Below are positions 28,701 to 44,424 of a stretch of DNA of 64,000 nucleotides, piece by piece. The translations under genes and the position numbers were made by a program. Under the pieces are notes generated by a model. It was not told the origin of the DNA. It did not search any database and was given only the letters and a program-made list of their open reading frames with translations. The stretch covers positions 12,571,263 to 12,635,262 of the forward strand of contig NC_134028.1 in assembly GCF_964204645.1 (NCBI RefSeq), written 5' to 3'. Positions within the stretch are counted from its first letter, which is position 1, and every line of letters begins with the position of its first letter. The stretch comes from Tubulanus polymorphus. Its lineage: Eukaryota > Animalia > Nemertea.

Positions 28701-31700
28701 ATCTAAGGATAAAATTCTTCGGATTATGGAGGAAGAAGCCAAAAAGAATGAATAAATTAATGAAGATAAAAAATTGGAAGTATGAAAATAATCAACAAGC
28801 TTGTTCTTTGAAAAGAAGCACCGGCGATGAAATGTAGATTTAAAGTATTATATAATCATACATTACGAAAAATGGAATGAAAAGAAAAAAATGGCTACTG
28901 TTAGTATTCACGTAATCAAATTGTAGTAAAAACAGTATAAGAGAATAGAAAATCTTATTCAATATTAACCCTTTCAGTGCTATGGACGTGCTGTGCAAGC
29001 TTCTAAGGCGTCACTTTGTGTGCGGCTGACGTGCAGAGCACGCATATTAGCTATTCTTTTCAAATTGACTGCAGCACTATGGCGATCATTTAGTTTTGAA
29101 TTGTCAGCACTTAACAAAGAAATCTTTCATATTTTTTTCAACAAATCGTCAAAATCTTGTAGATTGCTCATGGATGTTAGGCGGAAAAATCGAAATAACC
29201 AAAAATTTGAATTTTTTTTTAAATTCTGGCATTCGTTCCATAATATCACATCCGTTACCGTACAGTGCTGCCATCTCTCCATTATCATTTTTACTGGTTT
29301 TTATTTTTGATTTTTAGAGACTTTTTGGGAAAATGGTTGTTATTTAGTATGGTCAGCCATATGTATCAAAATGGCCGCTATGGGATGCCTAATGTCAAAT
29401 TATGAAAATATATATTCACAATTAGTATTATATGTTTCATATGTGAACTAGGGGTCCAGGGACACCATGCCCACTTGGGAAGTGGTTTCAAATGCTCAAC
29501 AATCTAACAATATCAATATTCAACGCCCCCTGATGACCATATAAAAAAACCAATGACCTTGAAACTCACCACAATCGTAAAACACGTCAGCAGCTACAAT
29601 TTTGTAATTGATTGTGATAACAAATATGCCTCGTTACCAATTTAATATGAAAATACTACGTTATTCTACTATTCAATGCCCCCTGGTGACCATATTCAAA
29701 ACCCAATAACCTTGTTACTCACCACAATCATAGAACATGTCATGAACTACAACTTTGCAATTGATCGTGGTAACAAAATATGTATTGGTACAAATATATT
29801 ATAGATATACTAAGATATTGTATTATTCAACGCCCCCTGGTGGCCATATACAAAAACCAATGAACTTGAAACTCACCACAATAATAGAACACGTTATATG
29901 CTACAACTTTCTAATTCATTGTTGTAACAAAATATGCTTAGGTATCAATATAATGTCGAAAAACTTTTTCCCACCTACAAATGAGTACTAATGACACCAA
30001 GATGGCCGCCAATTGCGTCATATTTGGCTGATCAACAATACCTATCTCAGGTATAAAACATCCCTTTCCAAAGACTACCCATCAGCAATTGCAATGAGAA
30101 ATGGCAAACCAGTAGGAAGCTACAGGACTTAGAATTCGGGGCAAAATTAACATTTTTGGGCACTTAAAAGGCCCTAGGACGACAATCTTGAGTCTGATCG
30201 ACCCAATGCTCGTTCATTTGTTATGCTGGTCAAATATATACGAAAGATAAAGGTAATTGATCAAGGCGTCTTCAAAATTTCACTCAAAAAGTTCAAAAAC
30301 GTGTAAAAAGTGCTGATTTTGGCGAACAACAATGGCTGTCAGTCGGCCATCTTGATTCTGACAGGGCCAATTTTTGGGCTGAAGATGTGTCTAGGGTATA
30401 TACATGTATAAACCAAACAACAAGACATTACCTTGAAGCATCTTCAAAATAACTGGATTCCGTCTATGGACGGACGGACGGACGAACGAAAAATGAACGC
30501 AATAACCTGCTGGGACTTAAGACCCAAGTGGGCTAAAAATAGATCAATTGCAGTTATTTTTTCTATAAATCAAATTTTCACAAAAAGGCTCAGCACAGGG
30601 CAAAAATAAGCCACAGCAACGAAAGGGTTAAGTCCGACGAGAGAAGAATTAGGCCTAAGAAATTTAGTCACTATCCGGCGGCTTAAAATAAAGAAACTCC
30701 TCAAAATGAACAACCTCAAATGCAAGATCTTTGCTTTCAAATAGATTACAAGCGAGTAGAAGTTTCATATAAATCTATATTTTTTAGTTTTAAATTTTGT
30801 ACCCAGGGGATCTAAAAATAGTATTCATCATTAGCGGGACATCGATATAGCAATTTTTTTCGGGAAATGCGCCGAGTCCATGCTATCGCAAAAAAAATTC
30901 CCTCATTGCTTGTAAGTAATTAAAAAGTTGATAAATGAAAAATAAGATGTTGTTTTCTGAATACTTATAGATTCTTTATTCTATTTGTGTTCTGACTACT
31001 TAACTGTGGAAATCCAATGTATTTGCATTACTGGGGACAATAAAGTATTGAATAAAGTAATAATAAAGTATACTTGAACAAGTATTAATAAAGTGGTGGT
31101 ATTGGAAGACACCAGGGGGTTCAGTCATCTTAATATGCTTTAGCACCATGGCGCTGTCGCAAAAAACCATTTCATTTTCATTTTTATTTTGCCTTCTCAC
31201 ATTAAACCTACCTTCAAAAAAAAAAGCCTGGCCACACCAAATACAGTAAAAACCACAGTTAAGTCAATGAGTCTCTAACCCCATTCGTTTACCAGCTGAA
31301 GAAATATTTATCTCGAAGTTTATTCATACTTGTCCACTACTTAGTATTTTTCAGGACACGATAAAATGTTCATTGAAAGTTTATTCATTTTAAAAACTTT
31401 TCATACAAATACGGTATGAAAACGTAGTCATAACGCGCGTGCCAATGTGAGCATTGCTATGCAGTCACGAGTGACTGTGTGTATAGCGTGTGTAAAGAGA
31501 TTATATTGATCATACACAGCAGCAATCAGTGTTGCCAGCACCTAGCTTTGCTATATCCGGAAGTATTTATTGACATACACAAACTTGCGAGCGCCGAAGG
31601 CGCGAAGCCATTTCGGGGGGTTTGGGGGTCCCCCCCAAAAAAATTCAGAAATTAGAAGCTTTTTCCGAGCAGTTAGAGCGATCGTGAACCCATGAACAAC

Positions 31701-34700
31701 TTATTATATTCTGGAAGGTAATGGCTCTTTCCAATGTGGCACATCCTCATTCGTTGACGATCAGCATCTTCTCACGCATTACGGGTCGAGTCCTGAATTA
31801 TTGCAGTTCAAATGCGCCGATGAACGCTCACAAATTCAAGATCGTAGCGTTTGAGCGCTTAGTTGGCAAGGAAATATTTAAAATTTCGTTAATAATCAAT
31901 TTATCCGTGAATATTATGCAACTCATTTTCCGGGGAACTATCGCATACGGGCCTATTGAAAATAAAAAAAATGGAACATTCAAAAAAGGACGGATCATAG
32001 ATAGTTTAGGCCTAAGCCTATATAGATGATCATAGATGTGTAACTTGAAGGGACGTACCTATGAATGCTCTGATAAAGATGATCTAGTACAAGCGCGGCG
32101 CATCAGCAAGTCAAGTCGTGGTTACAGTACAGAAGTTTATTGAACTCCTAAATTTTACAATACACATTCGAGTATAAAATCAATAAAGTTATAAGCACTA
32201 CTCTGTATACTTACACAAAAGCCGCTCGACCGCAGAGCTGCGCGGCGTCGTCATGACGATTGGTGGTGGTGGTGCAATCATCACAGCGAATGCGTATGGG
32301 TGGCCGTTCTAATAAAAATTAACGGCATTTTCGCGCAGTAAGGAGAAGAAAATTTCCGGATTTTTTTTTGAAAGTTTCGATTTCCGGAACTCCGGAAATT
32401 TCCGGAAGTCTGGCAACACTGAGCAATGCAGTGAAAAGAATAGATAGATGCACGTATACGCCACTGCAATATAATCAATACTCTGGCCCGATTTACGAGC
32501 AGTAGAAGTAACCGAATCCGTACTCCCGTTTTTGAAATTCATAACCATATTAACAGATGTGATATACTTTAGCCGTATTTTCATACAGGAAGATAAAACA
32601 AATCCGGATTTTGAAAAGAACGGATGAAAAACCGTAGTTTTTACGGAGCATCCTTACTTCTGTACTTAGCTCTTAAAATCCGTAGCAAATACGGAAATTC
32701 CATGGGGGTAAGCAGGTAGAATTGGAAATTTCCCAACTAGCAAAATGCTAAACAACAACATGAGTTTTGTCACTGCAGTTCCCTTTTAATGAAGAAATCA
32801 ATAATTTTTTGTAAATAAATCTTAATGAACCCGACTTACACTGGTTGCCGCGCATGCGAGCGAGGGTGGCACTCGCTTATAATGCCATAGGTAGTAATGC
32901 CAGGGGTGTGAAAATGCCAGGTAAAAATACCATGCCAGAAGGGTAAATTGATTCGATGATTATAAGAATCTAGTGTATCAAAATGTTCAAACTATTCATT
33001 GCATTGTTGCCTTGATATTATGAATACCAGCAAACCAACTCATTGAAAACTAACTACCTTTAACAAGAAATTCAAGATGGCAATTTTTGATGGCAAATAA
33101 CCTCTATTTTCAATTTTTCATACCTGCCCAGATCCTCACACTAGGTTTAAGAAAAATTCATTAGGAATTGCAGCCTGTATTGCGCTAATGAGTTGTCAGG
33201 GCACGGCTGACACAGAGTGAAATACAATGTCTCCCCAGTGGGCATTATAACAGACATTATTACAATTGTAATATGTTATGATAATTCGATACAACAATAA
33301 CAACACACACCTTTCACACAACACACACCAAAGAATAGTATGGGATACCTTTCTATATATACTACAACAATAGTTATTGTACAACTAAAGTGAGACAGAA
33401 GACCCCACATGGTACAGACTCGCTGTTTACAGTGTGCAATTCTCTCTTATGTTCCTAAATCCCATTTTGAATGCAGAAGATAAGAGATGGCAAATGTCAC
33501 TTAAATGCACTTCTGAGGGATGGGGGGTCACACACAAAAATTGTTGCTGATTTTTTTTTTCTTTTAGTACAAATTAATTTTATTAAACAAGTCAATGGTA
33601 TACAAAATGAATACATGCTAAGGTCCAGAGGACATTACAAGCAATTACATTGTTGCCGATCAATCAAAGTTCAGAGAATATTGGCAGAACCAAAGGAAAA
33701 GGTATAATCCATGGAGAAAACACACAGCAAAATCAGAACAGTCACACAAATTATTATTTGAGGGATTATCGTCATATCTTTACATACCTTGATATCTAAA
33801 TTTATATCTTGGAATGGATCATACGTATTTGATCTCTCCTTACAACGCAAACACTGAACTATAAAAGAAAAGAACTCTCAATTAGTGCAATTTTTACATT
33901 CTACAAAATGGCATAGAGGTAAAACCAATGGACTTGCCTCTGAGAGAAGATCAAATTTGATTAAACTATGTAGGGAGGGAAGTTGCAACAAGACCAAGAA
34001 AGTAAGTTGCTAAGTTGATTCTACAAATTCTAACTAGTGTTTTTGGGTAGGTGAGGTAATTTTCAATATTTTTATTCAGGATATATGTAGAGTATGCTGA
34101 ACATTTTTAATTGTGTCATTCACTATCAGCATCATTGGAGAAACTGATCGATCCCAGGTAACCAAGAGCTAGGTTTTTCATAATGGTCAAGAGCATTTTC
34201 GTCATTACCTCCTTGCCAAAATTATCATGGCAAATTCATGATTATATTATCAGAGGAATTATTTTTAAGACTTGAGAAAAGAAGATTATGCATCATTTAC
34301 TACCATGCATTTACTCAGACCTGACTACCCAAAAATTTCAATTTCAGTATTTCAACCAATATTCAACTTCAATATGATTTTATCATTACTTTCCATATCC
34401 AATGTTCTTGCAGATGGTTTTTGCACAGCCCCAATGCAAATTAGATACCCAATCTTAAATAATTACCCATGGACAAGAGGTTTATCACAGCTTGATGAAA
34501 TCTGATAAACTACAAAATGTATTAGAAAACGAAATATGGATTTAATTGATAGCGTACAAATTGTCGCAGGATCGTAGACCCGAAGGAGATATCGCAATAC
34601 CGAGCCTATCGCGTCACAGCTAAAGCCGCAGCCACAGAACTGACGGTAATGAGGCCGCAAGGTCATCGCCTCTCAGGAAATTGCAAGCATAACACACACA

Positions 34701-37700
34701 ATTCCCTCACGATGCTCATCCGAAGACGGATTCACGCGGACAGTGTCGCTCCTCCCTGAAACGTGACGATTGATTATATCCTAAACAATACTAGTTCACC
34801 TGTTCGAAGTTTTCCATATGCAAAATAAGTATTGCGTAAAATTCATCGGCATGTTCATACGCACGTTTTATTCACCAAAAAACCACTGGTGCATCAAAAA
34901 TCCATTTTAGGATGCAAAATATTTTCAAATTAATATTTCTATTCATACAATATATATTTAGAATACGACGTTAGAATTGGCAAGGTAAATGTGTTACTAA
35001 ACGCTCGAGGTCTATGGACAGGTCTCCGCAGCAGGCGCACAAAGCTCTGATTGGTGGTCTCCACAGCAGGCGCACAAAGCTCTGATTGGTTGTTATGATG
35101 CATAGGGAACCCTGTTAACGAAGAATCTCCATCGAAACATCATAAATGTAGGTCATCAGATGTTTATGCTATAAAACCTTGGATCGGAAAAATCGGCCAT
35201 CAAAAAATATGTGAGGAATTGATATCTACGATTCCGGCTGTTTGCATGCGGCTAGGCGCTCATGTCATGAACTGTTTGCGCTCATAAAAATCAGCACCAC
35301 AATTGAAAAATATTGGTAGGGGAGGAAGATAGAAATAATTAATATTGTGAAAAAATATTTTTTCAAAATTTAAGTGGGTGGTTGAATATCTTGGCAACCT
35401 CTTTGTAGCTGAGGATGCTGACATATTGTTAAACCAGAGGCATATAAGAAGCTCGTTTTAAACCCCGGAATTTACAACTAAAACCCTGACCATGACTTAT
35501 ACGCCGAGCGGTGAGTAATAGTTTGCTGCTTAGTATTTTCAGGTCACAAGAAATATCAATCAACGATTAATCAAGTGAATCAATTACAAATTCTACGAAA
35601 CAGAAAATACACACACTGCTCATCTGCTATAATAGTTTAAATGATTATTCGTGATAAACAAAGTAAAAAAAAACTTTCATTTGAACGCCAGTAGAAACAA
35701 TGCTTTGCCATAATTTTGATATTGGTTTGCCCAATAAGGTAGAAGCGTGAACTTCCCGGTATTTCCGGTATATCCCAAAAACAGCCAATCACATTCGCTT
35801 GTAGAGACACCGCCCCCAATTAAAGGTCATTGCAATTTTATATGCAAGAGCTGAGAATATTCCCAACAAAAACAGCTTTTCGAGAAATTTTAGCAAGGCG
35901 ATTATGTTATCCATGGAAGTTTTGCATGTCTTCAATCGCATCAATTATATGTGGTTTAGGCCGAGAATGAATGAAACAAATGCTCGCATTAAAAAATGTA
36001 GTGCGATTTTAAATAATTGGCTCAATGGCAACTCCATCATCACTAACAAAGGTAAACCAAAACCTGTATATTTTAAAACGTAAATGTACTAGCATACTGA
36101 CAGTCAAATTCCTGGCCAAAATACGAAAATTCCGAACAGGTAGTCAGGTCTGTTAACTTCCCGGTTATGTAGGTGTACTTATGTACCTTGGCTACGAAGG
36201 AATCCTCCAAATATTCGATTGATGACTGTTGTTTCTTTACTGTATTTATCTAACCTTAAAACAAAGAAAGAATTGTTCATGTTAATTCATCCATCCAGGT
36301 CCATATAATTCAAAAATATTTTATAACTCATTTCACAGAATAATTGAGTCAACTTGAATATGGCCAAGTCAGAAAGATATGTATACTCGGGGTAAACAAA
36401 CAGTAATGGGGCAAGTTGAAAACAGGTATCGCGTACATCATAGGAAACAGCTGAGTATATACTGAATTGTTCATTGACATTGTAGGAATTGTTAGCAAAG
36501 GTCTGGAATGGATAAACCTGTCTTAACTCTCATATCAAGTTACATGGAAATCCATCAAGAATTACAGGCTGTAGTATGCTACAGGGATGAAAACAGAGGC
36601 ATTTGAAAAACGCAGAACTATTAAAAGAAAATCTACAGCTGGCCTGTTGCAGGCATTGAAGGTGCAACGCCCAGTCCTCCCCTGGGGAGATTTTGGAAAA
36701 TTTCAATGGGTTTTTGGCTCATATTCTACTTCAGGACACCAAGCAAGTGTGTGTTTAGGTAGGCCTATACATCTTTCATTGTTAGACAATAACTCGCTTT
36801 AAATTTCTATTGTAGAAAAGTTCAGTTTTTGTATTTCTACTAACAATGGTTAAAATATCGTAAAAACCACGCTGATATCATGGATAATGGCAGATCTGTT
36901 GATGGCCAATGCTCTCCAATTTAAATAGGGCCGGACATCTGTTGCCGGGCTGTTTATTCGGCAGTATATTTGATAGCCTCCGTTCGGTGCTGCCACCTTC
37001 ATGGTCTGTATATAGTTTGAAGTTTTGGCGGGAACAGTGTTAGTCTGTTGGCAGTCGCCTTTCAGGCAACCACTCTGTAAAATATATGTTGATGTAATTT
37101 ACACTGTTCCCGCCGGTCTTTCGTTGTTTAATGTTGGTTGGTGGAGTGGACCCCCGGACAGACAAGACAGACGAGGCCTAAAGGATTTACAAGAAAGCTC
37201 CGTCACACATCTAAGCTGCCCAACCTTCACACTAAGTTAGCCAAAATGTTCGTTTCTGGAAGATGTACAAAAGTGGCCACCAATCAGACATATTGGATGG
37301 CATTATGACCTAGATTCAACCACTGATATATATTATGTCAACTAACATTCTCATGTGAAATGTTCATGCTCTACATGAAAAACATTCCCAGTTGTATAGA
37401 CCAAATTGTAAATTACTAGAATCAGAGATGACTACCCGTCAGCCACCTTGAATGGCGTAATGACCTAGTTTCATATTGTGATATAAAATGACATCTCATG
37501 TATATTATGAAATCTGGCTACTCTATAAAAAATAAATTGGCAGTTAACCCTTAACTTGCTGCAGGCCACTAGCCGACACACTGGGGAACTGCCATAAGTT
37601 TGTTTTGATGTCACAGGCCGTAGTTCTTAATGCACAGTAACTGCTGATACACGAGAATCCTACTCCGGAAGTTATTTCTCACTTTGATGTTTTGAAGAAT

Positions 37701-40700
37701 TTTGACCTTAAAAACGCCCTGTAAATTTGATATTTTGGGTTTTTGATGAATATTCAAACATTTAGACTATAATCAGTAGCATAAAAAAGGTTTGAACGAT
37801 GGATTTAGTTATAAACGTTGTCTTTATTTATGAATGTCGATGATGAAACACGAATTTCTGAGTATTTGACTTTCTAGGAGGTCTTTATAAACTGGACCCC
37901 CAAAAATGACCCCACCCAGTGCACCCCCTCTTCCAAAAATCGGAAGTTTAATCTTTCAGCAATATTCCGTGGCTATGACTATAACCTCCTACCTTGTTAA
38001 GTTTCAATGCCCTATATGAAATAGTTTAGAAGTTATGAGCATTTATTGAGTAAATTTCATAAACATTTAACAATAAAGCTGGCAGCAGGTTATGGGTAAA
38101 AGACCAAAAAGTTGACTTAACAGCTCAGCATTTAAGAATATATGCAGCATTTAAGAATACAAGCCACGTGGTACGTATATGAAGGAAAGTTTTAAAACCA
38201 ATCAATTTTCAGAGTTTTTGCTTAGTGACTACTTACTTATTATTTCCATTCAAACATGCTTTTTGCATGGCATCTACTAGATAACGCAAAAATTCATGTG
38301 CATCCTCTTGACGACCCCAATGCATGTGCTTGGCAATTACTAAAAAATATTATATACTGGTATTTTGATATATTTATTGACTTACAGTAAAATGAATGCA
38401 ATGATTAACAAAGAAGCGTTTGGCCTTGTCATTCTCCCCAAGCAGGGGGATTCGAACCTGAAAGCATCGACATTGCCACAGTACGAAACCCTGCCATACT
38501 AGACCGGGTGCGCAGCTTAGATGATGTCATTATCAGCCAATCAGATATCCCGTTTTATTTTAGCCCGGGTTTTCTCATTTATAGTTCTTCCGTGAAATTT
38601 ACCTCAGCGATTATACAACAAGCAATCTGATTGGTGCCGCAACTAGACCTGCGCATCGGGTCTACTGTGTCAGGGGTTCGTGCCGTAGCTGAGTGTAGCG
38701 ATGCAATCAGGTTCAAATCACTGCCATGGGAGGATGGGCTTTGTAGGCAGCGCACACGTATGTCAAAACGAGTTAGAATTCATCACACGGATTAAGCACA
38801 TCGCTGTGATTATAGTTGAAGTGCAAACAGCAAGTGTCCACTAGTGAACAACTAGAAATCAATAGTTTTTCTTATGGATATACAGGGTCAGGGTCATAGC
38901 CAGCGCGCGTCCTACCCATCATTTACGACGTGAATAAATGAAAACTAAAATTGACGGCAATATTTTCTCAACTAGGGGTACAGGGACACCATGCCCACTT
39001 AGGAAGTGGTTTCAAATGCTCAACAATGTAACAATTTCAATATTCAACGCCCCCTGATGACCATATACAAAAACCAATGATTATGAAACTCACAACCACA
39101 ATCATAAGACATGTCACCAGCTGCGATTTTGTAATAGATTGTGATAACAAAATATGCGTCGTTACCAATTCAATATGGAAATACTAAGTTATTCTACTAT
39201 TGAACGCCTCTGGTAACCATATACAAAAACCAATGACCTTGAAACTCACCACAATCGTAGCAGATGTCACGAGCTACAACTTAGCAATTGATCATGGTAA
39301 CAAAATATGCCTAGGTAACAATATAATAAGGAAATAGTTATTCTACTTTTCAATACCCCATGGTCACCGTATACATGTAGAATAACTAATGTCCTCAAAA
39401 CTTGCCACAATCATGGACGATGTCAAGAGCTACAACTTTGCAATTGATTGTGGTAACAAAGTATGCATATCGTATTTTCCCGTGTATAAGTCCAGTTTTT
39501 GAGACCAACCAGAGCCCCAAGGGGCACTATGGCCAGCCTGTCAGCTTTTCATAAAATGGCAAATGATTGATGCATTCTGTGGGTTAAATTTGTCAAAATA
39601 CACTCCCAGCTCAGAGTCAATATCTAATAATTTACGCAATACAATCGTAGAATACAAAAGTAGCACAGACAGCGACTGCATCTGGCAGGAACAAATACCT
39701 CAGATAAATCTTTTCCCTTGGTCTTATTGATTTTAATGCGGAATAGAATTGAATTTTCTGAGATTTGCTCAATAAAACAAAATTGAATTGGATTTGATGT
39801 TTTTGTTTATTCAATAAATTAAAATTGAATTGGATTTGATATTTTTTTGCAGAATAAAATATAGATCTTAAAATAAAACCCGGAAGTAAGACAGTAGACA
39901 ATACCGCGGGTTCACGTGAACACCTGCTGATTTCTGCGGCTAGGCCAATCATAGAGGAGTCTTTGCTTTCTGATTGGCTTTTCAAAACCAATATTTTTGC
40001 AATCAGATATTCTCGAAAAAGCTCATATCAATTTTAACGAGGCCCTCTTTTAAAATTTCAGCTACGTAGAGTTTGGAGAATGGATAATGCTTTAATGAAT
40101 GATTTGTATGAATATATACCCAGTTGCACATTCAAAGAGCCTTCTGGAAACCATGTCATTTAAATTCGTTCCATTTGTATAGTAATAGGCTCAGCCTATG
40201 GCTGGCCTAAAAATCATGTCCAAAAAACGTACGTCGACTTATACACAGACTACACTTTCAATATAGTTTTAAACTGACGATGTTTATGAAATAATTATCC
40301 ATGTTAGGCTACACTCCTATACCAATTAGAATAAAGGATATCTTTCTGATAGTTTGGAAATGTCTCAAAATTAACTGATGCTAAAATCAAATGAAAAAGA
40401 AAAGCGTGCGCGTGTATCATTGTACAGCATTTTATAAGCTTCGCTGTTGTGGCAGAGTGCCAATAATCAATACAGAGCAGTCTAATACTAGACTACAGGC
40501 GCCCAGCATTCAATGTGCATACAATACATTCAACATGTGGATATAAGAAGGATAGGTGGCAGTAGTGAGCGCTGGAGTGCTGCTCCTTCATGTCTCTCTA
40601 CAAAATAGCTTGGATTTATTGGAAGCTATTTGGGTGGCTGATGCTAAAGTGTTTTTGATTTATCGTAAATGTGTTGTGACTATGCTGATGCAGTGTAGAG

Positions 40701-43700
40701 GTCATTAAAAGAGTGTTGGTGGTTGTTATTGGAGACTTTGATGTCAAAATTACATGGACAGACTGTTTTTTCCACCATAACCTTCATGATAGTACATAGT
40801 TGTGGTCAGCTGTGGTCACTATTGTTTATTTCATGGTCATTGACCATGACTACGATGTCATTCTCTGCTGGTAGTCTGCTTAGTCTAGCAAGCTGTGATT
40901 TACAAATTGACAGTGAATTAGTGTTAAAGCCGAGAGAACTGAAGATCTATAAAAGAACCTCAACCAGGCGGAACAAGAGAGGATCAGGGACTAGTCGGAA
41001 ATATAGATCATTAACCCTTGGACTTCTGAACTCACAATCAATTTGCAATAAATATGATCAGATTTTACCCGAGGTTTCTGAAAATGACTTTGATGTCCTC
41101 TGTCTCAATGAGACATGGATTACCAGTTCTGATAAAGACAAGAAATTTGCAGATGCACTGAGCCCACCAGGTTACGAGTTCATTCATTTTCCCCGTCCTG
41201 GAAACTGTTGCTATGGCGGAGTAAGGATTATGTTTTAGTCTTCCCTAAAGGTTGAGAGAAAGGCGAAACTGCTCCCGGGATGTTTTGAGGCATGTTCTAT
41301 CAAACTGTCTCATGCATCTCATGTTTTGCATCTGGTGGATGTGTATAGACCTCCACCGTCAAGGAAAAATAAATACACACCAGCAATGTTTTTCCAGGAC
41401 TTTGCGCCATGTCTACTTGATTTAACATCTGATTCTGGAGATCTTGTCATTGTTGGAGACCTTAATTTTCATTTGAATATTCTTGATTGTCCTGAAACAA
41501 TTCAGTTTACCAACCTGCTCAATTCATTTTATTTGGTTCAGCACGTAAAATTTCCAACACACAGATCTGGTCACACTCTGGATGCTGTTATTTCATTGGC
41601 AAACAATCAGATTATTAGAAGGCTTCGTCAGTGTGATATGGTTTCAGATCATCATCTAGTATGGTGTACGATCTGTTTCCCGAAACCCCCAATGTCTAGA
41701 AGGGAGGTATTTGTTAGAAAGCTCCGCTCAGTCCAACCAAGTGCCGTGTTGTCAGATATCAAGTCACTTTCACCGTTGGCCAGCGTGTGAGGTCTATATG
41801 TCATCTTTCCGGGAAATCATTGACAATCATGCTCCTCTCCGAAAGAGAAGCATACCTGACAGGATAGGCAATGCCTGGTTCTCGGATGAACTACGCAACA
41901 TGAAATCTTCCATGCGTGCGGCTGAGCGTACTTGGCAGCAAACCATATTCTTTCGAGATTTTTCGAACTTTGCAGGCTCGGTATCGTGCTCAGCTCCAGG
42001 CTACCAAAGCTGAGTACTACTATGTCAGGATAAATGAGGCAAGCTCTAATGGAAAGGCTATGTATCGTGTTATCGTGTTTGCCATGAGGATTCGGAAGAG
42101 CTAGCTAATAAGTTTGCTGACTTTTTTAAAGTCAACAACCTACTGAGGTTAATCAGACTGCATCTTGTTTAGCCGAGTTTTCTCCTGTTACTGAAGCTGA
42201 ACTGAAGGCTATAATCTGTAGGTCACCTACAAAGTCTTGCGAGTTGGATCCAATGCCTACGTGGCTCATTAAATCAGTGGTGTCTGGTGTCATACCTATA
42301 TTCCAGGTTATTATCGACAAATCCCTGTCAGTGGGGTTAGTTCCTGATGCCATGAAGCAGGCTCTAGTGACACCATTGATAGAAAAGCAGAGTCTTGATC
42401 CGGACACCATTGATAGAAAAGCAGAGTCTTGATCCGGATATTTTGAAAAACTATCGGCCAGTGAGCAATCTGTCATTCTTGTCGAAAGTATTGGAACGTG
42501 TAGTAGCAGCTCATCTCACATCCTATATGAGTGAAAATGGTCTCCATGATGCTCTCCAGTCGGCATATAAAGTTGGGCACAGCACTGAGACCGCACTTAT
42601 CAAAGTCCAGAGTGATCTGCGTTCAATAGTAGATAGGGAAAGTGCGGCAGTATTGCTCCTACTGGATTTGAGTGCGGCTTTTGACACTGTTGACCACACC
42701 ATATTGCTCGAACGTATGCAGAAAGTGCTTGGGATAACTGGAAGTGCGCTCAAATGGTTTGAATCGTACCTCGTAGGTCGTTCTCTGAGCGTCGTGATTG
42801 ATGGATATCGCTCAGCACCCAGGTCTTTACCGTTTGGCGTTCCCCCAAGTGTCTGTTCTGGGACCATTATTGTTTCTCATGTATGTACTGCCGCTAGCAG
42901 GGTTATTCAAGGATAGCTGTGTTTATCGCCATGGCTTCGCTGACGATAAACAGTTATACCTGGCATTGAAATGTAATACTACCAATTTATCTAATCAAAT
43001 CTTAGATCTTAGAGTATTTGAAATCCAATTTCGAAAGTTAATCAGTGGCTTTTGCAAAATAAGCTCATGTGTAACCTCGATAAGTTTGAGGCAATGCTGA
43101 TTGGAACTGCGATGACCATAGAATTACTTAAAATCAGATTCATACAGGTGGCTGGTCATAAAATTCCAATCTCGATCGTTTCAGTATGGAATTTAGGAGT
43201 TTACTTTGACTCGCAGCTAACTATGGAATCACATGTTGCGAGTGTTGTTAGGTCTGCTGCATTTCATTAGCGGGCTATAGGCAGTGTCCGTCGGCAGTTG
43301 ACATTTGAATCAGCCATACTGCTTACCCAATCTATGGTGCTGTCCCGAATTGATTATTGTAATTGTTGACTTTGGAATTAGCGCTAACTCATTGTATAGA
43401 CTGCAGCTTATACAAAAATTGCGCTGCCAGGATCATAACTAGAACCCGTGTCAGGGAGCATCAGGAATGAAAACAGGAAGTATTGAAATCCGCGGAAATT
43501 TTGAAACATTATGAATTTACCTTTACACTATATAACCTACTGGAAAACATTTAATAATTCACTGACAATATATTATTCCTAATTGAAAAGCGATCGCCGT
43601 ACGGAACGCAGTGGCGCTAGCAGTCGGTACTGAGGCATCATTATGATAAGACATGTGAACACAGTAGCGCTAGCAGTCGGTACTCGGGAATTCTTATTTC

Positions 43701-44392
43701 CACGCCGGCGCGGTCCATTGCTAATAGGATAACGATTCTCATAGTATTCACGTTAGATTATTGATTTTTTACACACACAATCTGATCGTACATCATAGCG
43801 ATATAAAAATAGAACGCTTTTACGGTTCGGTTCGGTAGGCCTATGTTATCGCTAACGATGTCTGATTCAGAGAGAATGTCACTGAGTCCACCACCCCCCC
43901 CCCCATTTCTCAACGGATTTGCACTGATCTCAAGAATGATAAAAATGGGCCCTTGTCCGCGGAAATCCGCGGAAGATTTTCATCCCTGGAGCATATAACA
44001 CCAGTTCTGAAATCTCTCCATTGGCTTCCGGTTAGAGAGCGTATAGAGTACAAGATAATTCTTATTGTCTTCAAATGTCTACAGCATCTTGCACCTGTCT
44101 ACCTTGGGGGTCTTCTTGTTCCGTATGTGCCGAGGCGCTCATTGCGTTCCAGCTCAATGAACTTACTAACTGAAACCACATATAGACTTAAATCATTCGG
44201 TGGACGTTCATTCTCACATGACGCACCGACCCTTTGGAACTCCCTTGATCCAGAGCTCCGTAGCATAACAGACATCGAGATATTCAAAAGCACTTTAAAG
44301 ACATTCTTATTTCGTAAGGCGTATCAGTAACCACCCACTACAGCGCCGGTGAAGACTGCATCAATGGAACAGGCGCAATATAAATGTTTATG

Positions 44393-44424
<32 letters not shown>

